From NCBI RefSeq assembly GCF_009914755.1, contig NC_060927.1: a stretch of DNA of 64,000 nt, one strand, 5' to 3'. The notes under the pieces were generated by a model that was given only the letters and a program-made list of their open reading frames with translations, had not been told where the DNA came from and searched no databases. Shown piece by piece: positions 50,906 through 64,000 of the stretch. A program made the translations under genes and the position numbers. Every line of letters starts with the position of its first letter. Position 1 is the first letter of the stretch. Origin of the DNA: the human T2T-CHM13v2.0 reference genome, Homo sapiens.

Positions 50906-53364
50906 TCTCAGGAGCCCCATAATTCCCACCGACATCTCTACACTTTTTCTTGACATATCCTGAGACCTTTAAGTTTTTCTCGGGAGTCATTAACCTTGCT
51001 TTGGCCCAGAGCAAAGTAAATGGGATCTTCAGTGCTTAAAGGTATGTTCATGTTGTTTTCCAAGGATTCATAACATATTCAATGAGTATCACTCCATCTG
51101 AGAGGAGAGAATGAGTACAATCCCAGGTTCTTCTTTAGGTTCTATGGGCAGTGGTCCAATATTTCTGAATATTGTGTCTGGCCATTTCAGCAGGCATACG
51201 ATGCTTTAGTTTCGGCACTACTGCCTATTACAATAAGTGGGTCATATTCATGAGTTTTTAGCCACACAGATGTCACATTCACACCTTACCCACACACTTA
51301 GTGAGATGAGAAGCACCTGAAATACACTCTATAGAAGATGAAAATTATGATTCATTTTCTCACGGGTTTTCTCAGGGCAACTTTCTCTGAGAATTCTATT
51401 ACTTTTCAATATTTGGCATTGGGAAATTAGCAGCTACAATTTTCTCTTTTGATTTATTCCACTCTAACAAGCCACTGACAGCCAACGAGGCTCTTCTGGG
51501 CATAAAGGCAAAACTCCTACCTAGCAGCACAGGCACAGATGTGGGAAGCGGCCCCAGTGTTGGCACAGCAATAATTTTACATTGTAGAACCTGCATATCA
51601 GGCTTGGGAGGCCTAGCTTCCTGAATTACAGAATTACTGATTTTATAGTAGATGCAGGGGCCTGACAAGGCAGGGGATGAAAAAAGAAGGGAGCCCATGG
51701 CGTTATGCTGCTTTGACCTAAGAGACATCTTGTTCTATACAGGCTGCCGAGACATTCCAATTATGCCTTGGTGAGATTCCTGTATTCGCCATCCTGCACC
51801 CTCCTTCCTGTGCCCATCCTCCTGTGTGACTATCTACCTGCCCCCACCTGCCTGTGCCCACCTGCCTGCACCCATGCACCTGTATCTTATCTTGTTTATA
51901 GGTTTTTTCCACTGATTATTTGCTTCAGGAGTAAACTGAAGTCTAAGTTGTCTTTTTGACCTTTTTGTTTGTTTGAATACAGTTGTTCATTATCCATACA
52001 AAGTTAGTTGCACACCACAGGATGTGTTCTCAGCTCTCCCTATACCTTCTCTTTGCATCTCTATTTATGTCATTTTCATGTTTTACTGCACTTCTTTATT
52101 CAGCTATAGTGCATCCTAAAACACCTTGGTATTTCAATCTCAGAGGCAAAACCTGAACTTTTAAAGTCCCAAGTGTTATGTACCTTACTTTACTTCTGTC
52201 GCTGAATCAAAGAAAGCTACCATGAGGATACTTTAAAATAATTCTTATTCCTGTATTATTCATAAAAATATTGAGAAAATGTTAAGTATGAGGTGTTTGT
52301 TCCTCCTGGAAATCTTTATAAATACTAATAAAGAGTCTTTACCATTAATGCTGTAAATATTAACCAACGGTTTTTAAAAGCAATCCAGACCATTTACTTG
52401 AGTAATGAAATGCTTTTGATTTGCACATTTTGAGAAAATTAATGAAAGCAAGTTACACATTATTTTTTATGGAGCTTGCTCAACACTCCTAGTGTTTAAG
52501 GTTGGAAATTACTCTTTCCTCTAAATCATGATGTTTCTATTGTGTCCAGGGGGCTACAGGCTACAGAGGGATAGAGGGGCTCCCACAAGGGGTAAGAAGA
52601 AAGCAAAGCAGGCAGGACCCACCTCTGCCTAAACTAAGCTCTGCTTTACCTGCTTCGTATGTCAGAGTTCTACGTAAGAGTTTGCTTGGCAAAAAGGGCT
52701 CTGGTATTTAAAAAGACAGAGTTTGAATTCGACTGGTAATGTATTTTTGTTATTATTCAAGATCTTTTTTTGGGAATAACTGCAAAATAGCCCTCAAGAT
52801 GTCAGCTAAGGGAATTCCTACATGCCACGTCTAAGGGGAGAAAGTTGCTCTTGGAGTCTGGCATTCTTTCCCAAGTTGGGGAAGTTGTGAGAAAGGTCCT
52901 AGAGAAACATGTGGCTCTGCTGAAACCAAGCTTCTTTTGCTTAAGAGTTTAGGGTAAGTGATACACGTCAAGTTATGTTCAAGTCAAGTAATGATAGTAA
53001 TAAATTACTATTTCACACAATTGAACCTCTACGTACGTCCTAAAGCAGTTACATAACAAAACACTATCACCTTCCCCCCAAAGGTCTCTTTTGCTTCTTC
53101 CAGGTAATCACTATTCAACTCCTACTTTCTTACTCTCCCATATATGCCCCTAGGGTTTCAAGTTATCTACCAGCCATTTGAATGTCTTCTTTTTGTGAAA
53201 TGCCTATTTATGTTCTTTGTATATTTTTGTTTTGGGTGATCATCTTTTTCTTACAAATTTAGAAAAACCCTTTATTATTAAGAACATTAATTCTGACTTT
53301 ACGTGTTGCAAGTTATCTGCTTTTAACTTTGTTTTTAGTTATTTCCTGAACAATTTTTATATTT

Positions 53365-53659
53365 ATACAAACAAACATATATATATCTAATATATAAAAA
53401 ACAAATATATTATATTTGATATATCAAATATATTTATTATATATTATATATTAATATATATTATATATTATATATTAATATATATTATATATTATATAAT
53501 ATATTATATAATATATATTTGATATATCAGATATATAAATGTTTGTATAAATATATATAGGTGTTTGTATTATATATATGTATTCCTAGTATATATATAT
53601 ATATATATATGTGTGAGATAGGTGGTTTGTTTGTATAAATATTATATATATTATATAAT

Positions 53660-53690
<31 letters not shown>
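53365..53690. repeat. AT-rich low-complexity (TA)n block plus (TG)n, inside an antisense L1 remnant
   Basis: Seen directly. L1-like flanks, e.g. 'tcttcttttttgtgaaatgcctattt'. Confidence 0.9.
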
Positions 53691-53692
<2 letters not shown>

Positions 53693-54234
53693 TCCAACAC
53701 TGTGGTGTTATACTTAAGCTCTCTCTGCCCACGCCAAGATTACAAAAATGTGTGTTATTTTCTGATTTGATTATGACACTTAAACTTTTAATCCATTTAA
53801 ACATTCAATTTTTTACCTTGCATAGAGATACACTCCTACATCCCCACATTTAACCAGTAGTCTCAACACTGCTGATGGAACAAGCCTGCCTTTCCCCAGT
53901 GTGTATTGGAAACATGTTCGATTCCTATAAATAACTTGGGCCTAAGCCTTCTATTCTGTAAGACTGATCTGTCTATTCTCAGAATAATCCAAGTTGTTTT
54001 ATTTATATAATTCTATAATATATTCAGTTCCTAGAGAACTCCCCTCTCAAAATGTTCTTGCCGGTTACTACCAACTTAGTCTCCTAGAGGACATCCAGAA
54101 GTGTTTTTGATGAGTTTAAAAAATCATTTAATTATTATGATTAGAATTATATTAAGCCCATGTATAAATTAGGGAAAAATTAATCTTCTCACCTAAAATT
54201 ATGGTGTTTTTCAGTTTCAAAATGAGGTAAATTT

Positions 54235-54746
54235 AAAAAATATGACTGCAATTTTGTTTGACACTTCTCTCAAAGAGATTTCTTGAATGAGAGAGGGCTT
54301 GTGGCACACTAATCACCAGTGGGGTGCAGTGGAAGAGATCCTGTGTGGCCTCCAAGGCAAGGTCAGGAGAGGTGGACTATTGTCCAAATTGTTCTCAGGT
54401 ACACTGACTTTCCCAAGTTCAACTCTCCTAAGCCCACTATGAGGAATTCCAGGCCACATGGAGAGGCTTTCCTGTAGGTGCTCTGATTGACAGCTCCAAA
54501 TGAGGTCCCAGCTAAGGGCCAGCATTAACCACCAAACATGTGAGTAAAGACGCTTCCAGAATATTTTGGCCCGGACAGTAAATCACCTTCAGCTATTTTA
54601 GTCTTCCCAGATGAGACTCTAGACATCATATTCCCTCTGTGCTCTGTCAGAATTCCTGACACACAAAATCCATGAGCATAATAAAATACTGCTTAATGCT
54701 CCTACATTTGGAGTGATTTGTAAAACAGAAATAGTTATTGGAACAT
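54235..54746 (+). mobile_element. MLT1-family (G/H-like) solo LTR
   Basis: 'ggccacatggagagg..gtaggtgctctgattgacag', 'gaattcctgacacacaaaatccatgagcataataaaat'; ends 'tggaaca'. Confidence 0.8.
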
Positions 54747-56254
54747 TAAGTGGTTTTTTTTTTTGGCCTTAAACTTTTATAGTTTTCTTCCATAGATATT
54801 ATACTTTATTTAAGTTAACTCTTAGTTATTTAATATATTTTTTTTATTATGGTGATAAAATTATTCTGACTAAAAAGCTACCTTCTGATGTAATTTTTCA
54901 TTTTCTAGCTCCCAGTTTCTTACCTTTTGTGTAGTTATTCAACTTTGTACATCTACTGCAGTACATTTCTAAAAGTATTTTATTTGATATTCTTAGGTTT
55001 TATAGATATACAATCACACAATTTAAAATGAACATATTTGGGTCTTCTCCATTTAAATATTATAAAATTCAGGTCTTTTCTGGTCATTATATTGGCTGGT
55101 ACTCTCAGAACATCATTAACTCATGGTGGTCAAGCCAGACGTTCCTAATTTGTTACTGAGTTTAAGGGGAAGGTATTTCATGTTTAATATATATAGTTCT
55201 AAATATCATACAAGAAAACAAAATAATATAATCATGAGATAAACTCTAAGCCCTACTATTAGTTTTGAAGGTCATATATTTTAGCATATTTCAAGTAATT
55301 TTTTTTTTGCTACATTTAAGTGGGAGAAGTAATTTTGGATTACTTTTTTTATTTACTTGTTCAGAGATAGGAAGAAAATGGTGAAATTGCTACTTAAAGC
55401 ATGCTTCTGCTTAGCTTTAGAAATAATGACATTCTGCTGAATGGAGCAATAAAAACAGAACCTGCGCATGATCTTGTATGCTACACCAGCTGACTAATCC
55501 ATCTCCTCAGATGGTTTTTCAGAGTCCAAAAATGCTACATAAATTTTTTTCAACCTGTGTGAGTGGATTATTTTGTGGCTTCCTGAAATAATCCTCTCAT
55601 CTTTTAACACAGTTCTGACCCAGTTTGAGAGAGTATCTTTAATATCTTGTTCTACTTCACTGACCTCAAGGCAGAATAGCCAGAAATATATGCATTTAAC
55701 AGGCAACTTTCATCTTCAAGCTCACAGAAGGGTTGGCTTTCTTTAAAAAGGAAATTGAAACTTATATTACCAGGCAGCTTTTTAGATGATTTTACTTTCC
55801 ATTTTATAACTCCAGCAAATAGGAAGCAGAGATGTGGAGTGAGTGAAGGAGATATGTGGAGTGACCAAGGTGCCTCAGAATAGCGCATAACAATTGATGG
55901 AAGCAAACACAAGCTGTCACAGCGCCTGCTTTTACCTCACCATTGATTATTCATCAGGTGAAAGGCACTCATCCCAGAAAGAAAAACAGAAACACACGTA
56001 TGGAAGACAAGGAAAGTGGGTTGCTAGAACAAAACACAGAACAATAGCCCATCCAGAGGAGTGGGCTGGTGAGGTACTTACAGAACACAACCACTCTGAG
56101 AATTCACAACACACTCTGATTCCCTGAGTGGATGGTTAGGAGCATGGGTGTTTTCTAGTTGGTAAATGTGAGACTGATTGTTATGGTTATTGCCTGTTAA
56201 AAATAAATTTTATTATTGTTCTTCATTATTTAAATGTCCTTCTTGCCTTTGCCT

Positions 56255-56600
56255 CATAACCCACACACAGGGCCTGCTGTAGGAGGAGTACATATCTCTG
56301 TTCCATTGCTAAGTGACCACTTCTGAGCTGAAACTCTAAGAGTCATTGTGTGTTTCTGCCAGGCTTTCTCCTTTCCCTTTGGTGCAAGAATAGCATTTCC
56401 CAGACAGGGGCTCCTCCATCAGTCTGGATGCTGGGGGGAAGACCATGGAGCAGAGCAGAGCTGTGACTGACCCCCAGGGCATGAAGCATGATCAAGAAAT
56501 ACACCTTTGTATTATAAACCATTGAGATTTGGCTGGGAAAGGTGGGTGGGGAGAGGGAGGCTTATTTGTTGCTGCAGTGTAACTAAGTGAAACCTAATTC
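56255..56600 (+). mobile_element. Old MLT1 (K/L-like) LTR fragment
   Basis: 'cacttctgagctgaaactctaagag', 'gctcctccatcagtctggatg', 'aagaaatacacctttgtattataaaccattgagattt'. Confidence 0.65.
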
Positions 56601-56866
56601 ATATGACTCAAACTAAGGTATATTTGGTTAGATCTAGGTGAGTTCTACTTTAGAGGAAATCCTGGTAACTGTTGTTTGTTTGTAAGTTATAGCTGTAATT
56701 AATTTTCCCTGTATTCAAAGCCCCCAAACCCTGCATTCAGATACTATGCATTTAGACTTCCTTAGGCAAAGTCAAGGCAACAAGCTGATGATTCTAAGCT
56801 ATTATTCAAGGAGTATCTACCATCATAAAGGTGGTTTAGTCATATAGATAATATCAATCAATAATA

Positions 56867-57378
<512 letters not shown>

Positions 57379-58360
57379 TTGTAGAATAAGAAACACGAAC
57401 AGCGGCGAACGAAATCTAAATAACAAGCCTAATGTAGCATGTTCTACAACTATGTTTATATGGTTTTAAAATTAAAAGCTATCCAGGAGCCATTGAAGAA
57501 CATGGTTAAGTTCTTGGTTTTCCTATATGTAAAATAGAGACAGTAGAAGTTATTTCATAAGATTTTTGTAGGAATTAAGATGAAATATAAAGTGTGCATG
57601 AGTGAGCAAGTGCTTAATGAATTCCAGCTTCTTTAATCTTTCTGTGTGCTACTATTCAGGACTCAAAGTAGATTATTAGTGAAGGCCTATTTAATTCATG
57701 CCAAGTTAATGAATGAGGTCAAACAGTAATAAGGTGAAGCACAGAATCCTTTAAGTCGACATTTGCCGAGCAATTCAAACTTACGGTAATGAAGAATAAA
57801 TATTAATATATGTCATGATTTACATGTCTATCAATTAGATCCCTAATTATATTGATTTGACATGGAAATGCTTTATTTTTATTGCGGGGGTACATTTGGA
57901 ATGATAGAAAATAATTATCTGTGTTCCACACCCAAATCATGAAATTCTTTCCTGCATGGACAAGGGATAGAAAATAAAACCCTATTGCTATCTGCTATAT
58001 TAAGAAGCTGCTCAATTAAACAGAAGTCAATTTTGTTATTCATTAAACTCAGATTGAGACATCAAATTTTCTTTCAGAAAGCAGTGGATCTCAATATGTT
58101 GCTCTGTGTTCTGTTAAATACCTTCCATCATGAATAATTAGTGTCAAATGTGCTCAGAAGCTCATGGCCAATATTCATCATCTTTGGTGCATGGGCCATA
58201 GTGACAATTGTTGAGATACCTGAACTTTTTCTTTTTGTAAATCTAAATGCCACCAGAGAAAAATATATTTGTTTTTCCAATACATTCTCTGCCTGATTTA
58301 ACGTTTAAAATTTATCTTCCTAGGCCTCTACTTGGAGTTCATCCTGTTCCAAAATATTAA

Positions 58361-58763
<403 letters not shown>

Positions 58764-61700
58764 TCCATTTCTTCTCCATTGTTAAAATTACACACTTTAA
58801 GGTACCACTCACTGCAGACCTACTGAGCCTCCAGTCTCTAAGAAGTTGTTTCTAGAAATACAATTTTTACCAAATTTTCCCATGATTTTAATGTGAAACC
58901 AAGTATAAGACCCTCCTTATTAAAGGAACATGAAGAACATGAGAGATGCTAATAGTCATCACCATCAATATTTTCACAGGGGCATAAAAAACAGCACTAG
59001 GGCTGTGATAAGGGTAATAAGGTGACAGGTGCACCAGGTGAGACAGGTGATGGGGTGATAAGGTGACAGGTGGGCCAACAATTGTTAGGAGGAGTTTTCT
59101 TCTCTTTTTACTTTGTACCTTTCCTTTAGCTAAGAACAGTGTCTAATCCTGGGCCATCAGATTTCTTACACACAGAAATGCCAACACATAAAAGTGACAT
59201 ATAAGTTGGAGATGCAAGAAAACAATGGACATTAAGATAATTGACAATAAAAATTTCCATTAAAATAATTGAAAATAGTGAACCAGATCTATCATATCTA
59301 CAAAATTATTGTCTATAAATTCAATGTTGTATTTTGGTGTTCCTGATGGCCAGCAATGCAGGGGAGTGAAAATGAGATATGAGAGTTTAAGCATTAAAGG
59401 GCAGAAGGATACTGAGAAATCCCTCAGTGAAACAACGCAATTTAGGCCAGGAATTTTCCACTCTTTATCCTCACAGGCCCTTTTTGGTACCTTGTGTAAT
59501 TATAGCAGACATGTAGGGATGTCTCTGCAACATGGTGCCTGTCAGGTTCCTGCGTTTTTCTTTTTGCCTCTCAGATGATTTTTACTATCACAGGCCTGGG
59601 GAAAGTGATTTGCACATGAAGCATTTTAGCAGACCAATCAATTAGAATCAGCCTTTTTCTGTTTATGTCAACAGCCAAATGATCGTGAGAATACCCAGGC
59701 CATTTGTTACCTCCCAGGGATTTAGCATCCAGCACCTTGGGTTGTCTGAAGTTCTTTCCAGGGAGCTGCCTCCAGACCTTAAACACACCACGAGAAAATG
59801 TCTCCTTGGCTACTGACAATAATGAATCAACTGCATAAATATATCTGTCAAAATGATGGTGCATTTGTCTATCTGAATACTAGAGAAGGAAGGGTAGGAG
59901 AGAGTGAAAGAAAGGTGGAATTGAGTAGAGTCTGACACCTCACAAACTTAGCAATTTTGGTAAAGGATAAATTCACATCTACCCATACATTTCTTTGGAC
60001 ATCTGTGCAGAATCCTCAAATCCAATTTCTTTGGAAAAGACAGTCTCCAATATATTTTCTGAATCAAATGGATTTTTAGTTTGTTTGTTTGTTTGTTTGC
60101 TTTTAAAGTTAATTTATAATTTCCTTTGAAATGAAGACTGTAGACATGGCCATATCTAAGAGAATATGAATGAAAGATTTAAATAGGGGCATTCATGGTC
60201 AATCCACTTCCTTTGTTTATCCTATCCTGTAAATATTTTCAGTCTACTACCCATCTGTCACTCCATTCTCCTGATTCCAGCTCTTATCAGGATTGTGGCC
60301 TGTGGTTTAACTGACTGCCTTTGCCAGAGAGTTAAAACGAGTCTGTTCCTGATTCACAGCACCAGCTAGATCACTAGGGCCACTAATGATGAGTTTAGCA
60401 AAACTCCCTGCCAATAACATGAAACCATTCAATGGCTGAAAAATGCTTCCTGTCTGAATTAACCCCCCAAATATTTACAAGTACAGCCTACAAAAAAATT
60501 CAACAGCATGCAAACTTAATTACTCAACAGTGATGAAAAGTCCACTTATTCTTGAAGCCAGAGAAGGGAAGTTAGGTGAGTTAGAAAGGGATGACTTGGT
60601 GTTTTCTCACCTTCCTCCTGGACCAAATCAATGGCATAGACACTATGGATTGATTTGGAACACCATCTAGTGAAGGATATGAGGAAGCGCATGGACGTAG
60701 AAAATCCCACATCAACTCCTGGTTCGATTCATTTAACATTTCCTTTAGACTATTTTAAATGGTTCTGAAATGAATAAGGATGTAATTTTTTTAAGTTATG
60801 AAAAAAACAAAACAGAATGACCAGTGTGTACTCCAGCACTGACCAGATTCAGCTAATGAGTCCACTTGCCTCTTTTTCTCTTAGCACTTCCCCACTGACT
60901 ACAGTAAGGATGTAAGAAACACCCCCATAGAGTTGATACAATCAAGTTTCCTTCTGCCGGAATGTCAGCATCTGGAATGGCACCAAAGGATTTGAGAAGA
61001 ATGATGCCAGGACACCAGATTTTCAAACAAGCATCTATCAGCCATGGTATTTTTCAGTTAAACAATATATGTGTAAGAGGCTTTAGCTATCAAAAAATTT
61101 AAACATTTTCTGGAACTCAATAGCTTTTATCGTCAGAAAATCGGTACCAACAGCACCTATTTCACAGTGTGCTGCACACAAAAAACATTCAATAAATATA
61201 ATATTGTTCAATAACTAGAGGTGGCAGCTAGAATTTTTAACCTGGGAAGAAAGCTGAATATAATTCAACCGTTACATTTTGAATTCTTCTATATAAAACT
61301 GTGTCCTCAATTTATTTATTTATTTATTGAACTTCTCAACTCCACATTTCAATGTCTTACCCCTTGGGATGTTGATCCATGTGCTGTTAGCACTGAATAA
61401 ATATTATATGACTGCCTCTAAACTTCCCACAGAGGGAAAAAAAGACAAAGCAAAACAACAACACAATCCCTCACATTCAATGTTGTGGTTCTTTTACTAT
61501 AATTATCAATTCCCGAATCAATCTTGCCTTCATGTACCCTAGTCTGACTTTCAGGAAACCTCACTGCACTGTTCCTGATTGGAATCTTGCTTTGTGTTTT
61601 CTAGCGGTTGCTCTGAAGTCACATGGTCAGCCTGCCATTTGGGGTATCATAGTTTCTGTGAGTAATTGATTCTATCCAGTCTTAAATGGAAATAAATGCT

Positions 61701-63468
61701 GTGTTTGTATTGCTCAGCATGTTAAATTTTCCTTTTAGGTGAAGCAGAAAAGGTTACATAAGGTCTGAAAGCCTCAATCATAGGCCACTAGGAACACAGT
61801 GACCTCCCATTACACTCTTGGTCTTCTCTCTAAAATCAGAAGAAAAGAAGACTGGCCAGAATGCTGGAGTGTCTCTCACTTTCTCTTTTCAACTCTTCTA
61901 TTGTTTGAACAATGACTAATTAGCTGTCACTATCTTTAATCCAGCAATGTACTGACTAACTCATGCCTATTTTTAGCAACAGGTGAATCTTAGGACATTT
62001 CTTCAAGAAGCCAGCACTTTAGACTAATGGGACCTACTTTGATCTTAGAGAACAGAACAGTTTTCAAACATTCCAACTGTGCTTCCCTGATTTTGTGTGT
62101 CTGTGTTTGTGGTCCTTGAAATAATAGAGAAGGAAGGTTTTTACCTAGCAACACATTTTCAATCTGCTAGGCAACACCTGAGAAGCACCTGAAGGCAGGC
62201 AGAAGTCCTCTACTGAGTGGTTTCATTCGCCCCAGCTGAACAGCTGACACGAGCTCCCGAGGCACTCTACTGAGGATAATTAGACTTATACTCAGGGACC
62301 GGCAATAAAACATGAAAACAACTATGATATAAAATGAAATGGGCTATCTGTCATAACTGAAGAATAAACTGTGATGGAGATTTAAATCAGGGTATTCTAC
62401 AGCCAATGATGAGGGCCAATGGAAAAGAGTGCTTTGGGCAGGAGGTTTTGTACTTTAGACAAAGGTCAGATTTTGCTGTCATTCAATCAGCTGTGTGTTG
62501 TGTAGGCAACTTATTATCATTCAGGTTACAGTACAAGAATTTACAAGTGACTCCTCCTCCTCTTTCTCCTTCTTCATCAAAGTAAATTAGAAAATACTGC
62601 AGATTATCCCCATATAATATTCCTCTCACTCTTGCTCTGAAATATTTTAATGAATGGGACAGAAGGCGCTAAAATTACAATCAGAAGAGCACATAACTGG
62701 AGATGCTGGTTTCTTACAAAAGTACTTATTTCTTTATGTTGTTGTTCTGGTGTGATTATTGATAGTATCCTTTTCAGTTTCAAAAATGTCCTGAGTTGGG
62801 CAATTCATCCTCTGGTCACCAGACACGCACCAACAGTCTATCTCATGAAAGCTGTAACAGCACACGGAGTGGCACAAGTGGGTATGATGCATCGTCCACA
62901 TCCACTGACATCACCGATACTGTCGGCCTCCCTCTGCTTAGGCTTCCAAAACACCAGGTCTACCGAGATGCCCAAACAACATTGCAAAGGCAAGGTTATG
63001 AGAAATGCCACACTAGCTGTGGAAAGAGTACCAGTTGATGTTTCCAGTGTAATGAAATGATGCAAACGCCCACTGTATAAAAATTTCCGTCTATCCCTTC
63101 TCTCCTCTTGCAGCCACTTTTTTTTTTAACACAATTGCTACAGCTAATTGTCAATATTAACAACACACGCACACACAATATAAAATATACATATACGTAT
63201 ATGTAATTTGTCCTGCGGCTTCATATGGATTTCAATTCATATCTTCTTCAAACTAACTTATTTTCAGCTTGACTAAAAAGTTGCTAATTCATTCGCCTTA
63301 GCTCATTTTTTTATTTTCAATGAACATTAGTCTCTGGTGGATCCTATAATAAAGCATTATACATTTTAAATATTTTTGAAAGACAGAGGACATTATCTGA
63401 AACACAAAGTCAACCTTTGTAATAAATATAAAAGAAGCGTGCTTTGAGAGAAAGAAGTAAAGAACTAT

Positions 63469-63988
63469 TGAGACAGGAGAATAGGAATTAGGGTAACCGG
63501 GGTTAAGGCATAAACAAAAGAACAACAGGTGCAGCCAATTCGCATAAGCAAAAGAACAGCAGGTGCAGCCAGTTCTAGGCAAGATTGGGCAGCTTACGGG
63601 CCATATCCTCGCTCCTGTGATAACAAGACAGGAGTTTCCAGTTCAGCCTCTGATTGAGGGCCAAGCCTCACTTCAGCCTCTGATTGGTCACAGGCCAATC
63701 CTTCAAAGGGCATAACCAATTGGAGGCCTCTAAAGGGCACGTGGGGGGTGTTGCCAATTCTTTTGGCTTTATAAAGCCCTGGGACCATTGTGGTAAGGAG
63801 ACTCTTGAGCCGCTTGCTGGTGTTTGTTTCTATTCTGTGAGTTGTCTTCGCTCAGTCTGTGCTTTTTCTTTCCTTACTCCGTTCTTCTGTTGCTTTGTCT
63901 TTCATTGCTTCTTTTATTCCTTCGTGTCTTCTGTTCAACATTCCGAGAACCTGGGTAACTAGAACCTGGGCAACTAGATCTTGTAATG
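63469..63988 (+). mobile_element. MER66/MER51-like ERV1 solo LTR
   Basis: Starts TGAGACAGGAGAATAGG. TSD CTAT at 63465-63468 and 63989-63992. CCAAT boxes and TATAAA at 63770. Confidence 0.8.
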
Positions 63989-64000
63989 CTATTTGCCTAT

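Overview
Human-type genomic DNA. Two genes are recognised from their translated exons and lie tail-to-tail (the TGFBR2/GADL1 locus, 3p24.1 from prior knowledge). On the + strand are the last two coding exons of TGFBR2 (872-999, 3908-4087; C-terminal kinase lobe) and its ~2.5 kb 3'UTR ending near 6600-6630. On the - strand are the last coding exon of GADL1 (40894-40721), its ~2 kb 3'UTR, and the final intron running off the right edge. The ~32 kb intergenic gap and the GADL1 intron are mostly old transposons: L1, L2, MIR, Alu, hAT/Tigger, and a dense, partly nested cluster of ERV solo LTRs at 14-26 kb whose target-site duplications (TSDs) are still readable. Almost all ORFs in the supplied track are spurious. 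There are no rRNA, tRNA or CRISPR features. The most interesting observations are: a ~180 bp duplication flanking the GADL1 terminal coding exon that places tandem AATAAA in the intron; a ~130 bp apparently templated insertion copied from one LTR into a neighbouring LTR; a tailless AluY with a perfect TSD; U1-type donor sites in the TGFBR2 3'UTR (one beside the poly(A) signal) with candidate downstream exons; and two unexplained unique segments (48.2 kb and 62.8 kb). I see no convincing evidence of a wholly new biological system. Repeat subfamily names come from remembered consensus sequences and need RepeatMasker/Dfam confirmation.
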